Below are positions 46,792 to 58,795 of a stretch of 64,000 nucleotides of DNA, piece by piece. Source of the stretch: Ascoidea asiatica JCM 7603. Its lineage: Eukaryota; Fungi; Ascomycota. Within the stretch, counting starts at the first letter, position 1. Every line of letters starts with the position of its first letter. The notes beneath the pieces are model-generated. The model was not told the DNA's origin. It searched no databases and saw only the letters and a program-made list of their open reading frames with translations. The translations under genes were made by a program, and so were the position numbers. The stretch spans positions 143,376 to 207,375 of the forward strand of contig BCKQ01000018.1 of the NCBI GenBank assembly GCA_001600695.1, read 5' to 3'.

Positions 46792-48942
46792 CATACTCTA
46801 TTTAGTGTATTGTTAGTTTAATGGTATATTTTTTTCTGTTTACCATACAAAATTGGAGTGAGAATGTATTGAAGAAGTGTAGCAGTGTAACAATCTCGGC
46901 TTGATCTCAGATAACAGCAGCAGCAGTGGGCCAATCGCGGCGGGCGACGGAGTAAGCGCAACCATTGCCACACGTCACGGGTTCGCACCCAAGCAAGCCC
47001 TCAAAAGTGGTCTCAATCTTTAAACCCTGTTACTGACGCCAAATATGCGGATCTAGTATTAGAGGCCAGAAGTGTGGCCCATCTTGAAAGAAGCAGGGAA
47101 AGAAACACGGCTTGGCTTTCCGTCTGGCTTTCTTGTTTTTGTCGCGTTTACATTGATTCTACACGAAGTCCAGCCCCGCAGGAGCAAGAGTCGCACCCAG
47201 ATCTAGGACTGGTACCGGTACTTTAGGTTTAAAGTGCAATCTAAGAGTAACAGCCCCGTAGAAATTTAGAATGTGTACAGCTTTTTCAGGTTCGTATAGA
47301 TATTGTATACAGAATACTAATATATTTACTTTCAAATGAAATTCGAATTCCCGGCTGAGAGAAGAGATTGCCTTACACCACCAAAAAATACTATTTTAGA
47401 ATACAAAATTTACGTAATCTGCTCAATGTATTTAATATCAATCACTTATTTTCATATTTCAATCCATGCATACACTATCTGAATCCTTTCAAACGCTGAA
47501 TCTTTATTTAAATAGTTAAGTGAAAAATTCTCTGATTCTATTTTATTCTATTATTTCGATCTAATGGTACTCGGTATAGTTACATTTAAATGTAAGATTC
47601 TATATGATTGTACCTGTTATTTTGATCATTGAGTTCTATTTTTTTTATTTTACCTAATTCATATATTATTCATTCCAATTCAGAATGTCTATCGACATTT
47701 TCGTATTAACTTCAAAAGTTTCAAAGGATTCTATAATTCCTAGATTTTGAATCAGCTTCAATTGAATCAACTCAATTTCTATCTATTTTACGTATTTCAC
47801 TAAATTATTACGTGCAAAAAATTATTTTCTACGAGTTTCAAATTTGACAAATCAAGTAAAATTTAGACTGAAAAACAAACCGGGGAGTCAGAACTTCAAG
47901 TGAATGCCTGACTGTTCCAGAAGAAAGCTACGCCGATGCAATACCATGTATAAAAACATACCCAAATACTTCTCTGCATTTGGTTAAATAGGCGTTGCCC
48001 CTTTCTACAAAGAATTTAAAGAGCATGACTATGCCTTTTGTTTTTGTGTATACACGCTAATATACATACACCAAAATCAAAACCCGCTTATTGCTATATT
48101 TTCCCGCGTAATACAACTGCAAGAACACGTTCTTGTGCTGCTTTCTGCAACCTCAAACACAAAAACAAACACAAACACAAACAGAAATACAAATCTTTGT
48201 ATACAGTTTTGTATGGTTTACCAATATTTTTTCGCTGACTTCGTCTTTTATTTACTCGATTTTAAAAATTGAAATGAAACTTATTTGAATTTAGACCTTT
48301 TTTAAAATTTTTAAATAATATTTTTTTTTCTATTTGAAATTAAATATCCTAATTAAGCCCATTTTATTTTCTCTTTTTGCAAAAGTATCCTTTTATGGCT
48401 TTAAATCTTTCAATTTACTGTAACCTTACAAAATTTTACCTAATGAAATTTCTCTGTTTCTTAAGTCTTTAATCTTAAATTTAACGCTATGTAGTTATTG
48501 TATAGTAATGTAATTGAATTATATCAGATTCTTTTGCAGATCATGAAAAAAAAACATAACTTATCATTTTTTTTTCCCTTAATTTACAATATTATTATTG
48601 TTATTATTTCAAGTCTAAGTTCAATTTCATATTCAATTTCAATTTAAAATGCAATGTTTACACCAAGTTAAAATATTTAATAATAATACAAATAAGAAAA
48701 TTAATATTATTAAATATAAAAATATACAGCATATTCTTTATACATTTATATATTACCTATTTTCCTATTCTTTTTTTTCCTTATTTTCTTTTCATTTCAT
48801 TTTTAAGACCATTTAAAAACCTTTAATTCATTCATATTTCCTTTTATTTGACTTCATTAAGATAATCATTAAATTAATTATCAAGTTAATCTTTAGAATT
48901 TAATTAATATCAATTAAAATAAAAAAAAAAAAATATAATAAA

Positions 48943-50949
48943 ATGGTTCAAATATTTAAATTAACTGCTATTGCAGCTTTTCTTTTAATCAAAATAATGG
49001 CTGATGATGAAATTGTTGTTGTAACAGAAACTCAAATCAATGTTAAAACCTTATATAATGCAAAATCAACAACAATCTCAACAACTGCAACTGATGGTCA
49101 AGAAACAGAAATTGTAACTTTAGTTGGAGATGCTTCTGCTGCAGCTTCTGCTCAGAGTGTTTTAGAAGCTTCAATTGCAAGTTCTGCTTCTGTTTATGCT
49201 GCTTCTGTTGCTTCTGCAAACTCAGTTATTTCTGTTTCCGCAGCTTCTGTTGTCTCAGAACAATCAGTTGCTGCTTCCGTTGCCTCTGTTTCTGCTGCCT
49301 CAATAGCTTCTGAACAATCTGTTGCCGCTGCTGCTGCTGCAATCTCTGAAGCTTCCGTTATTTCAGAACAATCCGCAGCCGCTGCCTCTGCTTCCTCAAA
49401 TGCTGCCGCCGCCGCTGCTGCTACAACTTCCACTGCTTCTGAAACACAAACCGCAGAATCAAGCCCAACATCAACCACTGCTTCTTCAACTGAAACCAAA
49501 GCTTCAACAGAAGCCACAAAAGAAGCAACTGAATCCACAGAATCTACTAAATCTAGTGCAACAAAAGCTGCTGCCACCACTACTGCTGGTTCAAATGATG
49601 ATGAAGATGATTCTTCTAAATCTTCATCCTCTTCAAAGGCCTCTGAATCTGATGCTACTTCTACTTCTGACTCTGATTCTAATTCTGATTCCAAATCTTC
49701 ATCAACTGCCAATGATTCTTCAAAATCAACTTCTACTTCTTCAGTAACTGATGATGAAACAACTGATTCAGATGGAAATAAAAAAACAATCACTTCAACA
49801 ATTGAATCAACCACTTCTGCTTCAGCTTCAGACTCAGATTCAGACTCAGATTCAAGTTCTTCTAAAGCCAAAAAAACAATTACAGTATATGAAACAACAG
49901 ATTCTAATGGTCACTCAACAACTATGACTTCAACTGTAGGTGACGAATCTTCTTCTTCAGGTTCTGATTCTAATTCTGATTCATCTGAATCAACATCTTC
50001 AAAAGCTAAAAAAACAATAACTGTTTATGAAACAACTGATTCTAATGGACATTCAACAACCATGACTTCTACCGTCGGAGATGAATCTTCTACAACTGCT
50101 TCTGATTCTGATTCATCAGATTCTTCTTCTTCAAAAGCCAAAAAAACAATTACTGTATATGAAACAACTGACTCTGATGGCCACTCCACAACTATGACTT
50201 CCACTGTTGATGACTCTTCTTCATCTGATTCATCTGATTCATCATCATCTAAAGCTAAAAAGACAATAACTGTTTATGAAACAACCGATTCCGAAGGACA
50301 TTCTACGACTATTACTTCAACAGTTGATGGTTCATCTTCATCTGATTCCTCAGACTCTTCAGATTCCTCATCTTCTAAAGCTAAAAAAACTATTACTGTA
50401 TACGAAACAACTGACTCTACAGGTGGTAAAAGTACAATAACTTCAACTGTAGAAGATTCCTCATCTTCTGATTCATCATCAAAAGCTAAAAAAACAATTA
50501 CTGTTTATGAAACAACCGATTCTGAAGGTCATTCAACAACAATTACTTCAACAATAGAAGATTCATCATCTGCAAGTAAATCAAAATTAACTGCAACTGT
50601 TTATGAAACTACTGATTCTCAAGGTAATACTATAACTGTTACTTCATTCCCAGCAGAAGAATATACAACAACTTATACAAGTGATAGTTCAACTTTATCA
50701 GGTGTTGTTCAAGTAATTACAACAACTAATTCTGATGGTAATTTATCTGTCTATACAACAACTTCCCCAATTTCAAGATCAAAATCAACTGTTTATTTAA
50801 CTACTACAGCTTCAGGTTCAGATTCAAGTTCAAGTAAAACTTCATCTTCTGATTCTTTTGGTAATTCTCTAAAACCAGTACAATTTCAATTACCTTTCTT
50901 TTCAGTAGGTCTTTTAATTATTAGTACTATGATTTTAATGAGCTTATAA
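48943..50949 (+). CDS. Ser/Thr/Ala-rich, probably GPI-anchored cell-wall protein with tandem repeats
   Basis: Signal peptide; six SKAKKTITVYETTDSxG(H)STxxTST units plus two degenerate ones; hydrophobic C-terminus. Confidence 0.88.
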   Translation: MVQIFKLTAIAAFLLIKIMADDEIVVVTETQINVKTLYNAKSTTISTTATDGQETEIVTLVGDASAAASAQSVLEASIASSASVYAASVASANSVISVSAASVVSEQSVAASVASVSAASIASEQSVAAAAAAISEASVISEQSAAAASASSNAAAAAAATTSTASETQTAESSPTSTTASSTETKASTEATKEATESTESTKSSATKAAATTTAGSNDDEDDSSKSSSSSKASESDATSTSDSDSNSDSKSSSTANDSSKSTSTSSVTDDETTDSDGNKKTITSTIESTTSASASDSDSDSDSSSSKAKKTITVYETTDSNGHSTTMTSTVGDESSSSGSDSNSDSSESTSSKAKKTITVYETTDSNGHSTTMTSTVGDESSTTASDSDSSDSSSSKAKKTITVYETTDSDGHSTTMTSTVDDSSSSDSSDSSSSKAKKTITVYETTDSEGHSTTITSTVDGSSSSDSSDSSDSSSSKAKKTITVYETTDSTGGKSTITSTVEDSSSSDSSSKAKKTITVYETTDSEGHSTTITSTIEDSSSASKSKLTATVYETTDSQGNTITVTSFPAEEYTTTYTSDSSTLSGVVQVITTTNSDGNLSVYTTTSPISRSKSTVYLTTTASGSDSSSSKTSSSDSFGNSLKPVQFQLPFFSVGLLIISTMILMSL

Positions 50950-51425
50950 TTATAAATTATAAATTAAATCAAATTACCTTATTTTTCTTTGTTTTTAATA
51001 ATTTTCTTGTTCTTTTTTATATTTGTTCTGTTTCTTCTCATTTTATTCTTTCACATTCTTTTAATATCTAATTGATCAGTCATTCTTTTTTGATACGATT
51101 AATATTTCTCTATTAATTATAATATCCTAATAATATAATATTCTTGGTTCTTTTTTCTTTTATGAGACTCTTATTTTTGCTCATTATTTAAAAACTTCTT
51201 CAAATCATTGTTGGTATTGGTAATAAAGGAGGAACAAATCTTTGGGGCTTAAAACAAAAATAATTTATTACTATACATAAATAAATAAAACTAAATAAAA
51301 TTATATTTATATATTCAATTTTATATCTTTCTAGATCACATATGGTTTTATTCATATTCAATCTCATTGAAATTTAGCTTAATACTTTATTCTATTTGAA
51401 GGTTAAGCGGATAAAGCTAAGTAAG

Positions 51426-51437
51426 GTACGGGTAACT
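51426..51437. promoter_or_regulatory. Reb1-like site upstream of DPH1
   Basis: CGGGTAA (TTACCCG on minus strand). Confidence 0.35.
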
Positions 51438-51629
51438 TGAATATTTGTTTTCACTACCAACAGTACGGTTATTCTTCACAAGAAAAAAATCAAAAATTTA
51501 TCTGCGGAGTTAGCTACGCTAATTTTTTTTCAAAGAAATTATTTATTCAGCCCATCAACGAAATGGTTTTAGTAATTAAATGAATCATAGGAGAAAAACC
51601 ATTACTTCGTTAATCCATATTAAAAGAAA

Positions 51630-52922
51630 ATGAGTTCACAAGATAACGAGAATGGTTCGAAAAGAAGAGTTCCAAGAAGGAGGTTTGTTGGTCATAAAAC
51701 TGGAAATGATTCTGTTGGTGTTGAAACCAGTAAAGAAGATATTAATCCAAAATCTCTAATCAAAACTCACAAAAAAAAGCTTAATAGTCTAAGATTGATT
51801 TCCCATGTACCTAAAGATATATTAGAAGATAAGGATATCAATGAGGCTGTAAAGTTATTACCTTCCAATTATAATTTTGAAATTCATAAGACAATTTGGA
51901 ATATTCGAAAAAATAAGAGTAAAAGAGTTGCTTTACAAATGCCTGAAGGTTTACTTCTATATTCTTTAATAATCTCAGATATTTTAGAGCAATTTTGTCA
52001 TTGTGAAATAATTGTAATGGGTGATGTAACCTATGGTGCTTGTTGTATAGATGATTTTACTGCAAGAGCATTAGATTGTGATTTTATTATTCACTATGCT
52101 CATTCTTGTTTAGTACCCATAGATGTGACACTTATAAAAGTTTTGTATATATTCGTCACCATAAATATTGATGAAACTCATTTAATAAGTACAATAAGGA
52201 AAAATTTCAAACCTACTGATACATTAGCAATTTTTGGAACAATACAATTTAATCCTGCTATACATTCAATTAGGCAGATATTAAATGAAGAACAAAATAC
52301 AATTTTAGCTCCTCAAATATTACCACTTTCAAAAGGTGAAGTATTAGGTTGTACATCTGCCAAACTTGATGAAAATATTGTAAATGCAATGATTTATGTT
52401 GGTGATGGTCGATTTCATTTGGAATCTGCAATGATTCATAATCCAAAGATTCCTTCATATAATTATGATCCATATTCAAGAAGAATTACTAGAGAATATT
52501 ATAAAGTTGATGAATTGATTGAAGTTAGATCAAATGCTATAGAATCTTGTAAATCACCAGAATGTAAAAATTTTGGATTAATTCTTGGTGCTTTAGGAAG
52601 ACAAGGAAATCTTGATACCATTGAAATGATTGAAGAATTATTAATAAAAAATAATAAATCAATTACAAAAATAATATTATCCGAAATATTTCCTCAAAAA
52701 CTTGCTATGTTTGAAGGAATAGATTGCTTTGTTCAAGTCGCATGTCCAAGATTGAGTATAGATTGGGGATATGCTTTTCCAAAACCATTATTAACACCAT
52801 ATGAAGTAATGGTACTTTTTAATGAAGATGTTGGTGTTAAAAAGGATTATTATCCAATGGATTATTATGCTAAAGATGGATATGGAAGAGGTAAAAAACC
52901 GGTACACACATTAGTAGAATAA
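51630..52922 (+). CDS. DPH1: Diphthamide biosynthesis protein Dph1
   Basis: LPSNYNFEIHKT, ALQMPEG, DVTYGACCIDD, GEVLGCT, ACPRLSIDWG. Confidence 0.96.
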   Translation: MSSQDNENGSKRRVPRRRFVGHKTGNDSVGVETSKEDINPKSLIKTHKKKLNSLRLISHVPKDILEDKDINEAVKLLPSNYNFEIHKTIWNIRKNKSKRVALQMPEGLLLYSLIISDILEQFCHCEIIVMGDVTYGACCIDDFTARALDCDFIIHYAHSCLVPIDVTLIKVLYIFVTINIDETHLISTIRKNFKPTDTLAIFGTIQFNPAIHSIRQILNEEQNTILAPQILPLSKGEVLGCTSAKLDENIVNAMIYVGDGRFHLESAMIHNPKIPSYNYDPYSRRITREYYKVDELIEVRSNAIESCKSPECKNFGLILGALGRQGNLDTIEMIEELLIKNNKSITKIILSEIFPQKLAMFEGIDCFVQVACPRLSIDWGYAFPKPLLTPYEVMVLFNEDVGVKKDYYPMDYYAKDGYGRGKKPVHTLVE

Positions 52923-52962
52923 ATTATAATACAAACAATTGAATATTAAATTAACTATTTAA

Positions 52963-53748
52963 TCAAATAAATATAAGTGCCTCAACTTGATTTCCAGTTT
53001 CAATTTCAAGTAAGCATAAAGGTGTAGCATCAAAAATTGTTAAAACCTCATTTTTTCTAGAAAAAATCTTTATACTTTCTAATCCAAGATTTTTTAAACT
53101 ATCACTATCTTGAAAAAACTTACTTTCATAATATAAATTTCTTAATTTTTTTCTTAAAAATCCCAAAGTTGTTCCTAATTCTGGATCTTTTTCATTATAC
53201 TCATCAGGACCAAATTCAATATGATATTTCAATGGTTTTTTGAATTCTCGAATATTTTTAATTTTATCATCTTCAAAGAATAATGAATAACTTTTTTTTG
53301 AAATTTTATTTAAAGCTACTTTTGAAAGTTTATCTCCTAGTTTCATTTCCTCCTTTGAATTTTCAATTATTTCATTAAACATATCTAATGAAAGATCTTT
53401 TTTATTTATTACATTTAAGTTAACATATAAATGTGCACAATGAACTGGCTTTTTTTCCATTAAGATTTCTGCAGGATGATCCCAAACATTGAAATAAACT
53501 CCAACTTCTAGAATTGTATGATATATTGATAAAACCACCAATAAAATAACTGCAATGATTGTAATGAATCTAGCAGTTGCTGATTCCGTATGACTCCTTA
53601 AGAATGAAATTTTTGAAATGAATCTGTCAATTATATAATAATTCAATGTGGAGTATACCGACAGCAAATTATTTATATATATTGATGATTTTTCTTTAAT
53701 TTTAATGAAATCAGGATTTGAAGATAATTGTTCAAAAAATTCAGACAT
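52963..53748 (-). CDS. ERG29: Erg29-like ER membrane protein (Erg25 regulator)
   Basis: N-terminal TM; PLKYHIEFGPDEYNEKDPELGTTL..LR and LCLLEIETGN match S. cerevisiae Ymr134w motifs as recalled; near GID8 as in S. cerevisiae. Confidence 0.75.
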   Translation of the reverse strand: MSEFFEQLSSNPDFIKIKEKSSIYINNLLSVYSTLNYYIIDRFISKISFLRSHTESATARFITIIAVILLVVLSIYHTILEVGVYFNVWDHPAEILMEKKPVHCAHLYVNLNVINKKDLSLDMFNEIIENSKEEMKLGDKLSKVALNKISKKSYSLFFEDDKIKNIREFKKPLKYHIEFGPDEYNEKDPELGTTLGFLRKKLRNLYYESKFFQDSDSLKNLGLESIKIFSRKNEVLTIFDATPLCLLEIETGNQVEALIFI

Positions 53749-54226
53749 TTTTCGTAAAAGTTAATTAAAGGAATATTGCCACTTCAATTTAAAAGAAATT
53801 CAAAATACCAATAAAGAATCCTAGCTAGTTTTATAAGTTTTTTAAAAAGTAAAAGATCTTTTGATTACACTTAAGTGAAAGATTTGAAATATTAGCCAAA
53901 ATCTTAAAAAAAATTATTTTAGATATTTGCTCTCATATTTATTTATTCGAATATCGTAAGTGAATTCTTTAGAATTGAAATATTTCTGTAAACGAAGCTG
54001 GAAACGAAGAACACGAACCCCCACTGCACTGCCGCAATGTTCTGTAAATGGATAGCACAATGTGGCGCACCTTTGCCACTTCTCAGAAAAAATAAAGTTT
54101 TTTTGAAATAATTTTTTTTATTTCACAAATAAAAAAATTATGTAAATTTTGTAGAAATATTAACGAAATCTTTTCATAAAGTTTGTGAACCAGAGAAAAA
54201 AAACAACATAGAGCAAATCAATAAAT

Positions 54227-56569
54227 ATGCTACCTTCACAATTTCAGAAAAAAAAGCAGCCTTTGACTTCGAAGAAGAAATATGAGAAAAAACGAAGCTT
54301 AGCCAAGAAAAATAAGGTACGTAAACCTTTAAATAAAGAATTGAAGAAAGAATCAAAGAAAGAACCTCAAGGAAAAATTGTTTCTGTTAATGATTTAAAG
54401 TGGAAAAAAGTTGACATTGGAAATACAGTTGAATTTGTTGAAGGTTTTTATGGATTAGAAGAAATTGATGGTGTTGATGTTAAAGTTGTTGACGGAAGAG
54501 TCCAATTTATTGCAAAAAAAGATACAGTAATAAAAAATGAAAAAACTGGGGAAGATAAGGAAGATGACGATCTTGCTGGTATTGAATTTAAAAATGGAAA
54601 CATAAGTCAAAATGATGAGTTTCAAGAACTAAATGATAAAGAGAATAACGCCAATAAGAAAATCAAATCAGATGTCGAAGATAATGAAAAAGAAGAAAAA
54701 ACTAATTATAAAGAAGATGAAGATATTGAAATGACAGAAACAAATGAAGAAAGTTCTACAGAAGATATTGATGAAACGGTTGATTCGATTGAGGAAACTG
54801 AAAGTTTAAATGATAATATATTTGTTCAATTACCTGAGTCAATATTGGAAGAAAAATTGGATACACCAAAAAATTACGAAGAAGTTTTACCTGAATGGAG
54901 TGAACTTGGATTATCAGCACCTGTATTAAAGAGTTTATTTCAAATGAAATTTTCAAAGCCTACACCTATTCAGAGAGAATGTATTCCTTTGATAATAAAA
55001 AATCAAGATATAATTGGAAAAGCAATGACTGGTTCGGGTAAAACATTAGCTTATGGTATACCATTAATTGAGAATTATTTAAAAGTTTTATCAAACCTTA
55101 AAAAAAAGAAATCAAGTGAAAAAAATAAAGATGAAAATGAACATATATCAAGTCAATTAGATCATCCTATTGGTATTATATTTGCTCCTACAAGAGAATT
55201 AGCACATCAAATTTCAGATCATTTAAATAATATATCAAAATTTTGTCAATTGCCTACACATTCGGTAATAAATATCACTGGAGGATTATCAATTCAAAAA
55301 CAAGAAAGAATTTTGAATAATTATAATCCTGGAATAATTGTTGCAACACCAGGTAGAATACTTGAACTTATTGAAAAAGATAATAATTTATTAGAAAAGT
55401 TAAGTAAAGCAGATACACTTATAATGGATGAAGCAGATAGATTATTATTAGATGGACATTTTGAAGAATTATCAAAAGTACTTCAAGGTTTTACAAAATC
55501 AAGATCAAATAATAATAATTCCAAAAAAGCTCAAAGAAAAGGATATTGGCAAACATTAATTTTTTCAGCTACATTTACAAAAAATTTATTCAGTAAATTA
55601 AATAAAAATGTTAAATTAAATAATTCTAATGAAATTATAGAACTATTAAAGAAAAAAATAGATTTTAGAGAAAAAAATCCAAAATTAATTGATGTTAATA
55701 AAGGTGAAGCATTGGCAAATAAAATTAATGAATATTTAATTGAATCAGGAACATTAGAAAGAGATGTTTATTTATATCAGTTTTTAAAAAAACATATTGG
55801 ATCATTTTTGATTTTTACAAATTCGATTGATAGTGTTAAAAGAATCAATGCATTACTAAAAAATTTAAAAGTTAATAATGTTCACAGCATTCATTCTTCA
55901 ATGATTCAAAAACAAAGATTAAGAAATTTGGAAAATTTTTCAAAACAATGTAATAAAATCAATTCAGAAGAAGAAAAAACAACAAAAAATATGAATGAAA
56001 GTTCGATTTTAATTGCAACCGATGTTGCAGCTAGAGGGTTAGATATACCCAATATTAATTTTGTTATACATTATCATTTACCAAGAAGTGCAGATGTTTA
56101 TATTCATAGATCAGGTAGAACCGGTAGAGCTGGAAGAGAAGGAAATTCAATAATGATATGCTCTCCAGAAGAAGTTTCTGGTTCATTAAAAAGATTAAGA
56201 AAAATTCTATTCAATCAAAGTCAGAAGAGTAAAGAAGAAAATAGAAAAATATTAAATAATTTTAATTTCAGAGCAGATTTAAAATTATTGGAGACAAGTA
56301 TAAGCGAAATAAATAAATATAAAAAAAGAGTAATAATTGCAAATAAATTAAGTGAATCTGAAATATCCAATAGCTCCTTAAAGAAAGAAGATATTTGGCT
56401 TAAAAAAACTGCAGAAGATTTAGATATTGATTTTGATGAAGCTGCTGATTTTGCAACAGATGATACATTAGCTAGAAGTAAAAACAGAAAAGTAAACAAA
56501 AAGTTGGCCACTACTGAATATAAATCTCTCAAAAATGAACTAAAATATTTACTCGAAAAAGATATCTAA
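54227..56569 (+). CDS. MAK5: DEAD-box RNA helicase Mak5 (60S biogenesis)
   Basis: LKWKKV..FYGLEEIDGV N-terminus, TGSGKT, PTRELA, DEADR, SAT, HRSGRTGR. Confidence 0.93.
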   Translation: MLPSQFQKKKQPLTSKKKYEKKRSLAKKNKVRKPLNKELKKESKKEPQGKIVSVNDLKWKKVDIGNTVEFVEGFYGLEEIDGVDVKVVDGRVQFIAKKDTVIKNEKTGEDKEDDDLAGIEFKNGNISQNDEFQELNDKENNANKKIKSDVEDNEKEEKTNYKEDEDIEMTETNEESSTEDIDETVDSIEETESLNDNIFVQLPESILEEKLDTPKNYEEVLPEWSELGLSAPVLKSLFQMKFSKPTPIQRECIPLIIKNQDIIGKAMTGSGKTLAYGIPLIENYLKVLSNLKKKKSSEKNKDENEHISSQLDHPIGIIFAPTRELAHQISDHLNNISKFCQLPTHSVINITGGLSIQKQERILNNYNPGIIVATPGRILELIEKDNNLLEKLSKADTLIMDEADRLLLDGHFEELSKVLQGFTKSRSNNNNSKKAQRKGYWQTLIFSATFTKNLFSKLNKNVKLNNSNEIIELLKKKIDFREKNPKLIDVNKGEALANKINEYLIESGTLERDVYLYQFLKKHIGSFLIFTNSIDSVKRINALLKNLKVNNVHSIHSSMIQKQRLRNLENFSKQCNKINSEEEKTTKNMNESSILIATDVAARGLDIPNINFVIHYHLPRSADVYIHRSGRTGRAGREGNSIMICSPEEVSGSLKRLRKILFNQSQKSKEENRKILNNFNFRADLKLLETSISEINKYKKRVIIANKLSESEISNSSLKKEDIWLKKTAEDLDIDFDEAADFATDDTLARSKNRKVNKKLATTEYKSLKNELKYLLEKDI

Positions 56570-56989
56570 ATAGAATAATAGAATATAGTTAAAGAACTAA
56601 AAGTATTTTCATTAACAAAAGAATTGGAATAAACTTTAAATAAAAATTGAATAATAGGTTGTGCAAGACCAGTTTTGTGGGACTTGTACAAACATGCACG
56701 TGAGAAGCCGAACTCCGGGGGATTTAAACCGTAGGAGCTGAGCACAGTGGGACTAAGAACAAAGATAAAGATATCTTTATCTTTTTATCTGTGGAAGAAC
56801 CAAATGAATCATCATCTAAGCTTCATGAATCAAATAAATCAATAAATAATTAGATTAATCCATCAATTCAAAAGATACTATATTTTCTAACGACTAATAA
56901 AGCGTTCAAGCATCAAAGAAGAAATCAGACATATTTTCACAAAACTCAAGAACAACCAGGTAAACTTTGAAAGGATTATATCATTTGTT

Positions 56990-58519
56990 ATGGTTGCAAA
57001 GATACGTGATGCTGAGTTCCTTAAAAGGTTCGATAATTTAAAGAGCACTAATAGGCCAGATTTAAATATAATGATATTAAGCTACTTGATAACTGAGGGT
57101 TTTGCAGAAACTTCAAAAGATTTTGCTCACGAAATTGGAATTAATCTCACGCCATTAATAGATGGTGAAACTTTTGAAGAATATGCTAGACATCTCAATA
57201 ATAAAAAAAAATTGAGTATTGAAGATATTGAATTTCAAAAAGAATATCCAAATTTCTTCGATTCTGATGAAGATCCAAGTTTACATAATCTAAACAATCC
57301 AACAATAATGAATGGTCTTCATTCTTTAAAACAAAGAAGTCAAATAAAATTTTTATTATCAAAAGGTGATATAGATTCAGTTATAGATTTATTAAATGAT
57401 AATTATCCATTTTTATTAGAAAATAATGATTTTTTATATTTTAAAATTTTACTTTTAAATTTAATTGAATTAATTAAAGAATTCAATAAAGAAAAAAAAA
57501 GATTATCAAATGAATTACTTTCAAATCCAATTGATTCTATTGAAGATTCAAATATTTCAAGTAATCATCCTTCAACTTTTTCAAGTACAACTGAAATGAC
57601 AAATTCTTCATATGGTTCTGGTTTTAAAAAAAAACATAGAAAATCTTCATCTTCAATAAATTTTTCAAATAGAAATATGATTCGATATAATTTAACATTA
57701 ATGAATGAACTTTCTGATCCAAGAATAATTGAATTTGAAAAAGAATTTTATAATAAAACAATAAAATTTGTTAGAGAAAGAATATTCCCAAAAGCTGTTA
57801 AAAGAAAATCCTTTATGGAAGAATTAGAACTTGCTTTATGTTTATTATTATTTAATAAAGGTGATAATAGTAATAATTCATTTATTCCAACACCTATTAA
57901 AAATCTAATTGATAATGAAAACTTAAAATTTGAAATTTTTGATTTTATTAATATTGCAATTTTAAAATACCCTTCAAATAATCTATTAGTTTCATTTGAT
58001 CATGTAAAGTCTCAGCAAATTCAAACATCTTCTCAGTCTCCTATATCTAATAATAATTTATTTAGTTTTGGTAAAGATGAATATTTTGATGATGATGAAG
58101 AATTTGAATTCGAACAAGATTCTACAAATGAAAAAGTAGTCTCGAATAATAATAATGTCAATCATAATAATGATAATGTCAATAATAATAACAATAATAA
58201 AAATAATAACATCAATCATGATAGTAATAACATAAATAATAATAATAATAATCAAAAGATTTCTAAAGGTATAATCAATGGGAAAGGTTCAAAACACAAC
58301 GATTATAATGTTCAAAAACAAAAATTAGATCCCTTTGAATATAATGAAGATAAAGATGAATTAGAACAATTTCCACTGGTGAATACTAGATTTCATCAAT
58401 TAATCAATGCGTGGTTATGGAGTTCTAATGTACTTTCAGAAAAAAACGTAGTTTTTCCAAAATTAGATATTGATGAAATTTTAGATTTAAAATCTGCACC
58501 ACCAGATTTTCATTACTGA
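56990..58519 (+). CDS. GID8: LisH/CTLH GID-complex subunit Gid8-like
   Basis: LNIMILSYLITEGF (LisH); R..IK....G.ID..I.LLN..P..LE....L.F..L.L.LIELI (CTLH). Confidence 0.75.
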   Translation: MVAKIRDAEFLKRFDNLKSTNRPDLNIMILSYLITEGFAETSKDFAHEIGINLTPLIDGETFEEYARHLNNKKKLSIEDIEFQKEYPNFFDSDEDPSLHNLNNPTIMNGLHSLKQRSQIKFLLSKGDIDSVIDLLNDNYPFLLENNDFLYFKILLLNLIELIKEFNKEKKRLSNELLSNPIDSIEDSNISSNHPSTFSSTTEMTNSSYGSGFKKKHRKSSSSINFSNRNMIRYNLTLMNELSDPRIIEFEKEFYNKTIKFVRERIFPKAVKRKSFMEELELALCLLLFNKGDNSNNSFIPTPIKNLIDNENLKFEIFDFINIAILKYPSNNLLVSFDHVKSQQIQTSSQSPISNNNLFSFGKDEYFDDDEEFEFEQDSTNEKVVSNNNNVNHNNDNVNNNNNNKNNNINHDSNNINNNNNNQKISKGIINGKGSKHNDYNVQKQKLDPFEYNEDKDELEQFPLVNTRFHQLINAWLWSSNVLSEKNVVFPKLDIDEILDLKSAPPDFHY

Positions 58520-58795
58520 AATATGATTTTCAATTAACACAAATTAACTTCATATTTTGAGATTATTCTTTTTTGGCTAATCAAATGGCTTTTAATACAT
58601 TGAAATTTTGGAAATTATTTTCCTGATTTTTTTTACTTTTTCTCTTTTTCAAAGAATTTATAGGTTTAAATAGCATGTCATTATTAGATACTTTTCCACT
58701 GAGAGGTCTGAATATTTATTTGGAAATTAGTTTTGAAAAAAGAGTATTATAAATTTTACTAGTTTAGGCTAACGTGAGTGATTAAAACTATAATC

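Noticed and set aside
46975-46995. tRNA gene (GGTTCGCACCC B-box-like)
   Set aside because: No cloverleaf or A-box could be built.
49194-49871. Antisense and out-of-frame ORFs in the cell-wall gene
   Set aside because: Shadows of Ser/Ala/Thr codon repeats.
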